A DNA stretch of 64,000 nt from Kofleriaceae bacterium. Its GTDB lineage: Bacteria > Myxococcota_A > Polyangia > Haliangiales > Haliangiaceae. Both the position numbers and the translations under genes were made by a program. The notes beneath the pieces are model-generated. The model had not been told where the DNA came from. It was given only the letters and a program-made list of their open reading frames with translations, and searched no databases. The stretch is taken from contig CBDCCZ010000014.1 of assembly GCA_965215005.1 (NCBI GenBank), positions 128,001-192,000 of the forward strand, read 5' to 3'. Shown here one piece after another: positions 28,960 to 38,959 of this stretch. The first letter of the stretch is position 1. Each line of letters begins with the position of its first letter.

Positions 28960-30606
28960 TCACCGTATTCTGAGGGTTGCGAATAGCCCAGCTTCGCCCG
29001 ACCACTCCTTTTCAAGGAGCCGGGCTTCAAGCTCCATCATACGCGCGTATGAGAGGCTGTATTGAAGAGCTGGATGACGGTACTCGTCGTGCTTTCGTCG
29101 CTCGTAGACCTCGATGAGCTTCTTGCGCCCAGTGTCTGACAGCCAGACTTGTGCTCCGGTCACCGTGAAGTCATCGTCCGGGTGGAACGTTCGGCGGTTT
29201 ACAGCACCGAGAATGGCCATATCGACGAGCGGGACGCGAAACAGTTCCATCAGGTCGAGGGCGAGCGGGTAGCTCGCAGACCGCGGCTGGTGTAGGAAGC
29301 CTAGCGCAGGCTCGAGTCCTACCCGCACAATCGCACTATAGACGTCTCGCTAGAGCAGGCCGTAGGCGAACGAGAGCAGTGAATTAAATCGGTCAAGGGG
29401 CGGCCGCTTAGAGCGGCCCTGAGGAACCATGGACTCCCCGGCATCTGGCGAGACGAGAGCTCTAAGCGAATCGAAGTAGGCTCGCGCACCCTGGCCTTCG
29501 TAGCCCATTAACTGCTCGCGGCTATCTCCTTGGAATGCGCCCCGGACGGCGGCCCTAAGCCGCACTAAGCTCGTCGAGCAGCTCGTGCGAATCGTCGGCT
29601 TGCCGCGGCTGGCCCGCATGATGTGCTGGATCTGCATTTGAATCTTCGCGATGACCAGCCGACGCGCCAGTTCGAGCGAGGTGGCCTCGTTTCGCAAGCC
29701 TTCGAACTGCCGGATGCGACGCTGAACACCGCCGGACTGCCCCGCAAACGAACCAATGAAGCTTCCGGACGCGGCGATGAAGTGCACCGGGATATCGGCG
29801 CTAGCACAGAGTCGCAGTGCTTGGGTCGTAATCTGCGCGAAGCCGTGGAGCACCACGTCGCTAACCTCGCGGGTGCCGATGACGGTCTTCTTCCCGTCGC
29901 GGGGCACGACAACGAGTGTCTCGCCCGAGCGCGTGACGCGGGCACCGGAGGACACCACATGCACCGACCGACGTTCGGTATCTATGGGAAAGAGACGCAC
30001 TGGAGTGGGCTTAGATTCCGTGTCGGGCACCTGCGCGAAGCGAGCCTCCTCCGGAAGGCACACTGGCGCGAGGGAGCACCTCACACATCGCCGTTCGTGC
30101 ACCGTGACGGGGGGACGTTCGGTCGAGACGCGGAGCTGACCGGCACGTTCGACCACCCGTATGACCTGACCACGCAGGTTCTCGTCGATGGGGACCCGAA
30201 GCGTAAGATTATCCTTATGATAACGAACACGAGCTTCGGGAATGGATGACGAGGTGTGTTCCTCGAGTAGCATGGCGTAAGCTGCAAGCTGGATCGCGTC
30301 GCTATCCCATGGCTGCGCCTCGCCGTTGATCGTGCGCGAGCATCGCCCGCGCTTGTGCTCAATGGGAAACATCGCTCCGTCACGCCGCCTCACGGCGTCC
30401 ATTCGCCCGCGAATACCAAGCACCTCTGACTCCAGCGTCAGATTGGTGATCTCCGCTGGCTCGTCAAGCTCGGCATGAAGGCGGCGCCCCGCCCAAACCG
30501 CTTCGTCAGCGACGCGAATCTCCTCGACCTCCTCGAGATAGAAGAGACGCTCGCAGTACGCGAGCGCGTGCAGAGCCATTACGCGGATTGTCGGCGAGGC
30601 TGTCAT
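28960..30606 (-). pseudogene. cas1: Cas4-Cas1 fusion with an in-frame TAG at 29350-29352
   Basis: Cas4 motifs YCERLFY, IEHKRG, CxxCSLxxxC; Cas1 motifs GYEG, NSLLSFAY, GFLH, LALDLMELFR; both ORF halves are in the same frame. Confidence 0.9.
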
Positions 30607-31304
30607 GTCTCCTCCACGAGGCCGGGGTTCTGCGGGACCCACGCCCACGCTTCGGCAGGAATCGAGGCAGATTCCGCCAGGGGAGCAAAGACGGCGGACG
30701 TGGTGCGGCTGCTGTCGAGGCGGTCGATGCCGATCGTAAGCCTGCTAGAGCCTTTCCGGGGCGGATCGCCGGCGCCAATGGGTGCATACCAGCGACAGCG
30801 CGGAGGCTCATTGAGGACATCCGCGCGATCGAGGAGGAGGTTGTTGTCGCCTGCATGTGGCAAGCCGTAGCGAGGCGTCTCCAGCTCGCCGGCCAGCCCG
30901 CGCCCCACGCGCGCCAGCACCTCGTCCGCGCCTCGCGCAGCGATGACGCAATCCAAGCCCACCAAGAGCTCGCGGCGAGCGGGCGCGATCCAATACTTGG
31001 CCCCATGGGATCGCGCCTTGTACTCCTTGCCGGAGTTCCCGACGGGATAGGTGTGTAGCTGCTGGTACAGCGACGTCGTGGAGGCTTCCGCCACCGCACC
31101 GACGGCGATCTCCAGGGCTGGTGCGTCGGATCGAACCGTCGTGATAGTTTTTCGCTCCGGACCCCGCGTGTCGATGCCCGCTAGGTTGAGGAGCAGGCCC
31201 CAAGCCGCCGAAGGCGGTATGACCGGGCTCGTCGCGCGGTAAACGCCAGCCTGCAGCCATCGAAACGCGGCAAAAGGAGCGCGAACGCGTATGCACAGAT
31301 TCAT
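30603..31304 (-). CDS. cas5: Cas5 (type I-MYXAN, DevS/Cmx5)
   Basis: VRAPFAAFR, PPSAAWGLLLNLAG, YQQLHTYPVG, RYGLP. Confidence 0.9.
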   Translation of the reverse strand: MNLCIRVRAPFAAFRWLQAGVYRATSPVIPPSAAWGLLLNLAGIDTRGPERKTITTVRSDAPALEIAVGAVAEASTTSLYQQLHTYPVGNSGKEYKARSHGAKYWIAPARRELLVGLDCVIAARGADEVLARVGRGLAGELETPRYGLPHAGDNNLLLDRADVLNEPPRCRWYAPIGAGDPPRKGSSRLTIGIDRLDSSRTTSAVFAPLAESASIPAEAWAWVPQNPGLVEET

Positions 31305-32203
31305 GCGGACTCGCCCCCGAGCAGTCGGTCGGCGGCCATCATCAGCGCGCGCTGCGGGTTGTCCTCGAACGTCACGCCCGTAGCACCCATCTCCTTCTTC
31401 AGCTCGGCAGACATCGAGCGTGAGACCTCGCCACCAACCAGAAACTCGCTGCCGGGAAGGTCTTTGTTGAGGACGCGACGCAATTCGGGGAATTGTCCCT
31501 GGAGATTGAACCCATAGCTTTCGTAGCCGGCCACAAGGCTGCGGGTCACGCGAATGACGATGCTCCGCGGTGCCATCTCGAAGAGGCTTCTTGCATGACC
31601 GCCAGCGACGTTCGAAAGCTCTCCAATGGCCTGGAGCAGCTTTCTCGTCCAGGCCGGACCATTCCCTTGAGCACAGTCGGAGCCAGCGAGCGCGAACGGA
31701 TATTGAAATGCCGTGTAGGCGGTCTCGCGGTGAATCAGCGCCGAGTTGACTGCGTTCTTCCATGGGCTTCCGCCGGCGTTCTGCGGAGATTGATGGAAGG
31801 TCGCGTCAAAGCGGTAGGCCTCCAATGCAACAGCCAGGTTCATGCGCAGGACGCTGTCGCGCTTGGCGGGGCGCTTAGCCTTCTTCTTCATCTCCTTGGA
31901 GTCGGCGACCATGTACCCAAAGAGAAAGTCGTCTGCGTACTTCGACGCGTCCGGAAAGTCTTTGAACTCGACGGCGAGCTGATCTTCGTTGTGGAGACGG
32001 GTGCGATTGGCGGGCAAGTCATAGGCCAAGAGAATCTCCCGCAGCGCGTTGCGCATGGACTCCGGGCTGATGACAGGATATTCATGACCGTCCTTGCTGA
32101 TCTTCTGAATGACGGTTCGGTTCTCTTCGCTCTCTCCTCGATAGTTGGAGCTGGGAGCGGCGTACGTGAGTACAGTCGCGAACAAATTTGGGTGGGCGGT
32201 CAT
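31301..32203 (-). CDS. cas7: Cas7 (DevR/Cst2)
   Basis: SNYRGESEEN, ISPESMRNALRE, DDFLFGYM, GGHARSLFE; GGAGG RBS before ATG 32203. Confidence 0.9.
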   Translation of the reverse strand: MTAHPNLFATVLTYAAPSSNYRGESEENRTVIQKISKDGHEYPVISPESMRNALREILLAYDLPANRTRLHNEDQLAVEFKDFPDASKYADDFLFGYMVADSKEMKKKAKRPAKRDSVLRMNLAVALEAYRFDATFHQSPQNAGGSPWKNAVNSALIHRETAYTAFQYPFALAGSDCAQGNGPAWTRKLLQAIGELSNVAGGHARSLFEMAPRSIVIRVTRSLVAGYESYGFNLQGQFPELRRVLNKDLPGSEFLVGGEVSRSMSAELKKEMGATGVTFEDNPQRALMMAADRLLGGESA

Positions 32204-32241
32204 GCGTTGTTCCTCCAGGAGTTGAATTTCATTGCGGTCAC

Positions 32242-33819
32242 TCATGCGCGAGCGCTCAACGCCAACAACGTGAGCGTTCGGATCTCGTCCGGATCCGACA
32301 TCAGCTTTTTCGTGAGCGCCACGTAGCCGGCTTCGCCGCGGCGCTGCGGAACCGAACAGAGGGTGCCGGCGAAGTACTCGATGAAATCGGCACCGGTACG
32401 ACTTCGAATCGCTAAGAACGCATCTTTCGCGATCTTCTCCCGCTTGTCGCTAAAGTCTCGTTGCTTGCGCTCGTCTCCCGCCACCTGCTCCCAAGACAAG
32501 CCGTGCTTGCTGGAGACCCTTCGCGAGAGAAAGGTGCCTACGATGCGATACACGATCTCCTCAGCCTCGATTCCGGCCGCTCCGTCGTTGAGCTCATCAC
32601 TCATATTGGTCTCCAATCCCGTTAAAGCTTCACGCGCATCCCGACGAAAGGAATTGCGCCCCAGCGTCTGCTCATAGCCCGTCGTGCACAGCATGTGCGT
32701 GAACGCGCTAAACCAAGGCTTCTCTTGCAGCAAAGCTCGCAGTCGAGCCTGGCGGAACCGAGCGTCTCGATAGGCGCTGCGAATCCGCGTGTATTCATCG
32801 ACGATGTGGCCCGGCTCGACACGCGCATGGGCCAGGATCCTCACGTTGTTGCCGACCTTCAGCAGATGCAGCACATCGACGCCGAGGACGAGATCACTCG
32901 TCCGCTGTGCGCCGGTACGCTGCTCAAGGCGAGCTCGTAACTGACGAAGCATGTCGAGCCCACTTTCTTCGACAATATCGATCAAGGCGTCGCGGGGCCG
33001 GTAGGCCACGATCTCAGCACCGCGCTCGCGAAGCAAGCCGGGCAACTCTCGGCAGAACATATCGAGAGTCGACACATCCGGGATCGCCAAGGCGAAGCCG
33101 TGAAACTCGCGCTTGCCGTCGTTGTCGACGACGTTCGGCACGTAGATGGTGACCACGAACGGCCAGAAATGGAGTAGGAAGAGAAAACGATTTCGGTCTT
33201 TCATGGGCACGTTGTCGGCCGTCGTCGCCATGGCACCGATGAAGTACGTGCTCGGCAGATCGCTGGCTCCATCGGGTTGGCTCAGCGCCGTCCATGTTTC
33301 TTCCGCGTCCGTCGCTGGCGTACCGTTGGCTCGCGCCTCGTAGGGAGCGCGCTGCGCGGGGATGCCGCGAAGCACACTCCAAACCGTGTCCCGCCACAGC
33401 TTCGTCCACCTGCCCTGCTCGCCCGTCGGGTCGTGCTCCAAGAGAAACGCGCCGCGAGGCACAATCTTGGGATAGTAGAAGACGGTCTTCCGCTTCACCT
33501 TGCCGCGCCTGTCGGTCTCCTCGACCTCGACCTCGCGGAGCGGCGGAATCACTGCTTTCTTCTTGTCCTTCCTGAGTTTTGACTCCGCCACCTCTTCCTT
33601 GGAGGCGGCGTAGACGTGGTCGAAGAGCTCTTCCAGGCCAGGCCGGTCGAGGCGAATGACGGCCGTGTGGGCCCCGAGGTCCACCAGCTCGGCGATCCCT
33701 TTGCGCTCCCCGGGCTGTCTTTCGAGCCACTGGAGCATGATCACGAGCCCCGCAAGCCCGGCTCGGTGTTGCGAAGACGGGAGCTCGGCCAGCTCGTAAT
33801 TTAAAGTGACTGCAGTCAT
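32242..33819 (-). CDS. cas8: Cas8 large subunit (Cmx8/DevT)
   Basis: YELAELPSSQHRAGLAGL, FLLHFWPFV, YFAGTLCSVPQ, TLTLLALSA; position in operon. Confidence 0.88.
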   Translation of the reverse strand: MTAVTLNYELAELPSSQHRAGLAGLVIMLQWLERQPGERKGIAELVDLGAHTAVIRLDRPGLEELFDHVYAASKEEVAESKLRKDKKKAVIPPLREVEVEETDRRGKVKRKTVFYYPKIVPRGAFLLEHDPTGEQGRWTKLWRDTVWSVLRGIPAQRAPYEARANGTPATDAEETWTALSQPDGASDLPSTYFIGAMATTADNVPMKDRNRFLFLLHFWPFVVTIYVPNVVDNDGKREFHGFALAIPDVSTLDMFCRELPGLLRERGAEIVAYRPRDALIDIVEESGLDMLRQLRARLEQRTGAQRTSDLVLGVDVLHLLKVGNNVRILAHARVEPGHIVDEYTRIRSAYRDARFRQARLRALLQEKPWFSAFTHMLCTTGYEQTLGRNSFRRDAREALTGLETNMSDELNDGAAGIEAEEIVYRIVGTFLSRRVSSKHGLSWEQVAGDERKQRDFSDKREKIAKDAFLAIRSRTGADFIEYFAGTLCSVPQRRGEAGYVALTKKLMSDPDEIRTLTLLALSARA

Positions 33820-36143
33820 CAGACCTCCGTGCCTTGGAAACCCAACCAGGCGTCATACTGCGCAGCTGAAACGATCCCGAGATAGTGTGGCAACCAGCGC
33901 GGCCGCTCCTCCGCCCGCAACAGAAAGCGACGAGGCGCCGCGAGGACCAGGCCATCGATTGCTTGTCCGCCCGCTCTGAGCGCCTTGATCTGAACTAGAT
34001 CGGTATCAAGAACACTCGCAGCGAACTGGTCCGATTCTTCGCGCACGGAGCCCGGCGTCGCGTAGTAACCACTCTCGAGAAATCGTGCGCTACGTACGAG
34101 CTTCGCTTCATCGACCGAGAATGCCTGTAGCGCCTCGGCGAGCTGGCGCTGTGAAACCGCTGGGCCGGCGACAGCGGCAATGAACTCCCGTGCCTTCTCG
34201 AGCTGCTTGTCCTCATAAGGTCGTTGGCTGGGAGCCGGAATCACGACGATCTCCGCCCGAAAGTCTGGTCCGCGCGCCAAGTGCCGATTTGTTCGACCGA
34301 AGCGCTGAATCAACGCGGACGTGGGAGCCAGCTCAGTGATGAGGAGGTCGGCGTCGATGTCGAGACTCATCTCGCACACTTGCGTCGTCACGGCCAGCGC
34401 CGAGCGCGATACCTGCTGGAAAGCCGCGACGGTGTCCTGATGGGCTCGCTTACGGTCGCAGAGGCGGAAGCGGCTGTGATAGCAGAGCACGTCGGTGGAA
34501 AGCTCGCGCTTCAGGCGCGCTGCCCATGCCTGGGCCCGCGCTACCACGTTGACGACCATGAGCACTCGCCGGCCCCGAGCAAGTGCCTCACGCACTCTGG
34601 GTACGATTGCCTCGCAATCGTCCGCGTGCTCAATCTGATATCGGCAATGATGTTCTTTCTCCTCCAGGGCCACAAGCTCAACCCGGTCCTCAGACGACGG
34701 AAACATCTGCAGGCCACTGTCGAGCAGCTCTTGCTGCCGGCTACGAGGAAGCGTTGCCGTCATACAAAGAGCGGGCACGTCGAAACTCCGCAAGAAGTCG
34801 ATAAGCGTTTTGAAGAGGCGTTTGTCGTAGCTGTGAACCTCGTCGAAGATCACAACCGAGTCCGCCAATGCGGGCAGCAAGCAAAGGCTGTCGTAGCGGT
34901 GCTCCATGAAGGCGAGGAATTGGTCGACAGTGGCGCTGTAGTAGCGCTTCGACCACAAGCCGAGCGCGTAGAGCCGATCAGCGGCCTCATCGACGAGAAG
35001 CTTGTCCTCGACGCTCTCGGGCGGATTGGTAGCCATCTCCTGCAGCTCGTATCGAGCGGTACCGTGCACGAGCGCCGCGTCGGCTTCTGGCGCCCAGCCG
35101 ACGTAGTCCCGAAATCCTTCCGTTGCCGTCCCGCGAGTGGGGTAAAGGAAGACCACTCGACCGGCCGGCCTCTCAGCGAGCCGCTGCTGTGCCCAATTCC
35201 AAGCTGCCAGCGTCTTCCCAGCACCGCAGGCCGCGAGCAGAAGCACTCTCTCGCCGCGCTTTGCCACCTCCGTCTGAAATCGATCGAGTTGGATCGACTG
35301 CTTTCGACTCCTCTCGAGCTGCTCCAGTCGCGGCCGGATCACGTCGCGTTCGACCTCGATCGAGGTCGCTGGCTCGCGGTGAACGACCTCCTCGATCCAA
35401 TCCGGCAGCGAGTAGTCCTCGCGCACCAAGGCAGACGCAACCGAATCCGCGACAATCAAGCCAGCCTTGACGGCAAAGAGCAACCCACGACGGTTCGCTC
35501 GTTCGGAGGTGTACGGAGCTTGCAGCTCACGACGCAACGCGCGAGCCGAGCGCATTCCTTCGGTTAAGGCCGCAGACCAGGGCGAGCGCTCACTCCACGA
35601 ATCGGGCCAGGTCACGACTAGCGTCGGGAGATTTGCGACATGAGCGATTCGGCGAAAGGTCGATGTCACCTGAGCATGATCGAAGCGCAGCCGAACCCGC
35701 CGAGCGCGGCGTGACTGCCCCCAACGCCACCGCTCGTCCTCCTCTGATGCCTTGAGATGATGTGACAGCACTGCCGCCGTGACGACCTCGAGATCAATGG
35801 CCGCATTCGCGGCGAGCCAACCGCGGACCTCGGGGAGGTGAAGAACCAGGGCGCTGATGTGCTCGTGCCGCAAGCTCTGCCTGGAGTCTGGCCTGCCCGA
35901 GATCGCCGCTTGGAACTCATCATTGGCCTTGCCGATATCGTGAAGAAGCGCCGCCACCCGCAAGTTCAGCAGGAACCGCGCCCGGTCATCGTCGCTGAGA
36001 CGGAAGAAGCGACAGAACGCCTCACCCCAGCGGCCATCGAGACGAAACACCCTCTGAGCCGCCTCCTCCGTATCGAGAAGATGTTTCTCGAGAGAGAGCG
36101 CATCGCGGCCAGTGCGCCGGCTCTTGGCGAACAGCGACGCCAT
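33819..36143 (-). CDS. cas3: Cas3 HD nuclease-helicase
   Basis: HDIGK, ACGAGKT, DEVH, TAT, HSRF, QRFGR. Confidence 0.95.
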   Translation of the reverse strand: MASLFAKSRRTGRDALSLEKHLLDTEEAAQRVFRLDGRWGEAFCRFFRLSDDDRARFLLNLRVAALLHDIGKANDEFQAAISGRPDSRQSLRHEHISALVLHLPEVRGWLAANAAIDLEVVTAAVLSHHLKASEEDERWRWGQSRRARRVRLRFDHAQVTSTFRRIAHVANLPTLVVTWPDSWSERSPWSAALTEGMRSARALRRELQAPYTSERANRRGLLFAVKAGLIVADSVASALVREDYSLPDWIEEVVHREPATSIEVERDVIRPRLEQLERSRKQSIQLDRFQTEVAKRGERVLLLAACGAGKTLAAWNWAQQRLAERPAGRVVFLYPTRGTATEGFRDYVGWAPEADAALVHGTARYELQEMATNPPESVEDKLLVDEAADRLYALGLWSKRYYSATVDQFLAFMEHRYDSLCLLPALADSVVIFDEVHSYDKRLFKTLIDFLRSFDVPALCMTATLPRSRQQELLDSGLQMFPSSEDRVELVALEEKEHHCRYQIEHADDCEAIVPRVREALARGRRVLMVVNVVARAQAWAARLKRELSTDVLCYHSRFRLCDRKRAHQDTVAAFQQVSRSALAVTTQVCEMSLDIDADLLITELAPTSALIQRFGRTNRHLARGPDFRAEIVVIPAPSQRPYEDKQLEKAREFIAAVAGPAVSQRQLAEALQAFSVDEAKLVRSARFLESGYYATPGSVREESDQFAASVLDTDLVQIKALRAGGQAIDGLVLAAPRRFLLRAEERPRWLPHYLGIVSAAQYDAWLGFQGTEV

Positions 36144-36147
36144 ACCG

Positions 36148-36771
36148 TCATCCAAGAGAGACTCTCCGCGGCGGTGGCACGAACAGGCCTGCGCCCATCC
36201 GCCGCCGGCCACCGAGCCCCGCGCTCTGCGTCGCTAGGGACGCACTTGCTTCCAAGTGCCCCAAAGCCACAGCGAAGCCGACAACGACTTTGTCTTTGAT
36301 GCGCATCACCCGCCGCGGGCCCACCGCGACCTCTATGCGCTCCGGGTCCTGCCCAAGATCGGGAATGTTTGCCAGCTGCCGACGCAGAGAATGCAAGAAC
36401 GGCTCTGGTTCGCATGCGCCCTTGATGGTGACGAAGCGAGCTCGCAGCGACACCGACGGGATAAGCGGGAAGATGCGCGGTGGTTCAAGCCTAATGCGCT
36501 GACCGCCAACCTCGATCGTTTGATCAGTGAGTGGGAGAACCGTCGCGATCACCGAGTTTGGAACGCGCAGTTTGACGTGAGATTTCGGCGTTAACGCCAG
36601 CACGCCTGCCTCCGTCCTCTGCCCGAGTATTGGATGCACGCCCCAATCTCGTTGTGCGTGAAGCTCCGGCAATGCTCGCGACAACGAAGAAAACAGCGAG
36701 TATCCGTGGTCGAGCGGTACCAAGCGACCGCGCGCAGGAAACGCTAGATCGACATAAACAGCGGAGCTCAT
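36148..36771 (-). CDS. cas6: Cas6 (Cmx6)
   Basis: PLDHGYSLF and C-terminal GLGGRRRMGAGLF. Confidence 0.93.
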   Translation of the reverse strand: MSSAVYVDLAFPARGRLVPLDHGYSLFSSLSRALPELHAQRDWGVHPILGQRTEAGVLALTPKSHVKLRVPNSVIATVLPLTDQTIEVGGQRIRLEPPRIFPLIPSVSLRARFVTIKGACEPEPFLHSLRRQLANIPDLGQDPERIEVAVGPRRVMRIKDKVVVGFAVALGHLEASASLATQSAGLGGRRRMGAGLFVPPPRRVSLG

Positions 36772-36926
36772 CTCGATTCTCCCCCCTCATGGAAACGAAA
36801 CTGCCGATGGTGAGCACGCGTCGAGCATGCTGACTGCCGTGCTCCAAGCGTCGTGAAACAGGAGCGTCAACGATCGATGATTCGACGGTACCGCCCCCGC
36901 TTAGCCGTCGAGAAACTGGTGTGCCA

Positions 36927-37029
36927 GCGCCCCCGCGTCTCCGGCATCAACGCGAGTGAGTGGCTCGTTGGCAGGGCGCACGACTAGAGCTGAATGCTCA
37001 ACGCCGGAACGACAAGGCTTGCAGCGTCG
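36927..37029 (-). ncRNA. putative CRISPR-like regulatory RNA (degenerate repeat-spacer-repeat mini-array)
   Basis: Repeat-like ends GGCGTTGAGCAT and ACTCGCGTTGATGCCG flank a spacer of about 31 nt that matches an ATG-flanked site at 37091-37109. Confidence 0.7.
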
Positions 37030-37442
37030 TCGCGACCATCGGGTCCACGCAGTGACGCTGACACCAACCAGAACTAGCACGCGAAGATTTGCACTACCAG
37101 TGCTGACATAATTTTTCTTCGAAAGACAATAATGCGCACCTCGAGTTCCCCCCTGATCATCCGGCTCGCGACCAGTCGCCCCGATGACTCCAGATCAGAT
37201 CCGACGCTCTCAGCTCCCTGCGCGATCGAAACGAGACCAGTGGATCCGCCACGAGCACCGAGCGTATGCGGATTGACCTGAGAGCGCTCCGGGAGTGCTG
37301 CCACGCTGCATGAGATTGCTTTGAAGCGTTGGCTGATGAGTTTCTGTTCTTGAAGTGGCAGCTGGGAACGAGCAGCGGATCGCCTCGCACGAGCTGCGGC
37401 GCTGAGTGAGGTGTGGCGCTGCGTCGCTGCGCGCCAGGCCCG

Positions 37443-38555
37443 TCATGGCGGTGGAATGGGCAGCTCGGGGCGCGGTGGCAGGGCGCCGGCGATGATGAGG
37501 GCGTCTTCTTCTTCGGGGGCGAAGTCGCGGCGGCCGAAGCGGATCATGGTGAGAAAGAAGCTCACGGCCAGGGGGCCGACGATGAGGCCGATGCCGCCGA
37601 GCATGAGCATGCCGCCGATGAGGCTGAAGAAGACGACGACGCCGTGAATCTGCACGCCGCCGCGTATCAAGATTGGCTTTAGCAGGTTGTCGACCAAGCC
37701 GACGACGACCGCGGCCCACACGGCGAGAAAGATCGCCTGCCACGTCAAGCCCAGCAGCAGCAGCAAGCCGCACAGCGGATACGCCACGATCGCAGTGCCC
37801 ACGGACGGCAAAAAGGCGGCGAAGAAGGTCAGCAAGCCGAAGAACAGTGGATTGGGCACCGAGGCGATGACGTAGCCAATGGTTGCGACACCCCCTTGCG
37901 CGGCGGCGGTGATGACGCTGGAGCCGACGACCGATCGCGAGACGTGACGAAAGCGAACCAGGAGCTCGGTGGTTTGGCCGTTGGGAAGCGGCGAGATTTT
38001 CTCGAGCCAGACGAGCAATCTCTTGCCGTCTAGGAGCATGGCGTAGAAGGCGACGAGGAACATGCCGAGGTCCAGGAGCAACTGCGAGAGGATGCCGAGA
38101 ATGTCGCCAATTACACTCGCGGCCACCATGCCGCGCGCCGCCGCCTGTTGCGAGAGTCGCTGCGGATCGACCGGCAGTCGGCTGATGAGGTCTCGTAGCG
38201 GCTCCTCGAGGTGATCGGGAAGCTTGCCGGCTAGGGCGTTCAGCCCACCCTCCTGCAATGTCTCGCGCACGAAGGTGTAGGCGGCCAGTGCTTCGCGAAG
38301 CGCAATGGTGATGACGGCTGCGAACGGCAGTAGCAGCAGCAACACCACCGCAGTTGACATCAGCGCAGCCCCGAGCTTGTCGCGATTACCGAGCCACCCA
38401 CTGATGCGGTCGGTTGCGGGCTTGAGAATGCCTGCTAGCACAGCGGCGAGAAACAACGGCTCCCACAGCGGCCAAACCACCGCCAGAAAGAGGAGGATCG
38501 AGGCGGTAAGAAGTACCCCGTAGGCAACCCACGAGGTCCGGCTTTGCGTGCTCAC
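37443..38555 (-). CDS. AI-2E family transporter
   Basis: Multi-TM; PSVGTAIV, VDNLLKP, GLIVGP. Confidence 0.9.
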   Translation of the reverse strand: MSTQSRTSWVAYGVLLTASILLFLAVVWPLWEPLFLAAVLAGILKPATDRISGWLGNRDKLGAALMSTAVVLLLLLPFAAVITIALREALAAYTFVRETLQEGGLNALAGKLPDHLEEPLRDLISRLPVDPQRLSQQAAARGMVAASVIGDILGILSQLLLDLGMFLVAFYAMLLDGKRLLVWLEKISPLPNGQTTELLVRFRHVSRSVVGSSVITAAAQGGVATIGYVIASVPNPLFFGLLTFFAAFLPSVGTAIVAYPLCGLLLLLGLTWQAIFLAVWAAVVVGLVDNLLKPILIRGGVQIHGVVVFFSLIGGMLMLGGIGLIVGPLAVSFFLTMIRFGRRDFAPEEEDALIIAGALPPRPELPIPPP

Positions 38556-38760
38556 GGCGGCATTGTACTCACGTCGGCTCGAGTCTCAGTAGCCATCATG
38601 CTTGCGATGATCTGTTCTCTACCAACGCGCATCTTCACGCTTTAGCCGCAGCGAACGTCTTGACGAGCCCTGGCGACTCATCGACCCCTGGCGACTCATC
38701 GAAGGCTGGTGCAGCCCGCGTTGTCACTCGCGCCGCGCAAGCTCGAAACATCCAGCGCAG

Positions 38761-38959
38761 CAGCGTCAGCTCGTGTGCGAGCGAATCCTCGAAGTCGCGC
38801 ATCGAAGACGGCATGCGCAACACGGCCGCGGCGCCGTGATCGGGCAGGCACGCTCGCGCAGCAGCGTCAGCTTGTGAGCGAGCGAATGATGTCCTCGAGC
38901 TCGCGCATCGAAAACGGCTTGCGCAACACGGCCGCGGCGCCGTGATCATCGGGCAGGCA
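38761..38959. repeat. imperfect tandem duplication (about 95 bp) of the response-regulator 3' end
   Basis: 38761-38850 resembles 38862-38959. Confidence 0.8.

Noticed and set aside
29350..29352. Amber recoding or programmed readthrough in cas1
   Set aside because: TAG ends several ordinary genes in this window and no pyrrolysine or suppressor machinery is visible; simple nonsense mutation or error is more likely
36780..37400. devI-like small gene or CreT-like toxin upstream of cas6
   Set aside because: Short ORFs present, but none with a convincing RBS, rare-codon signature or recognisable similarity
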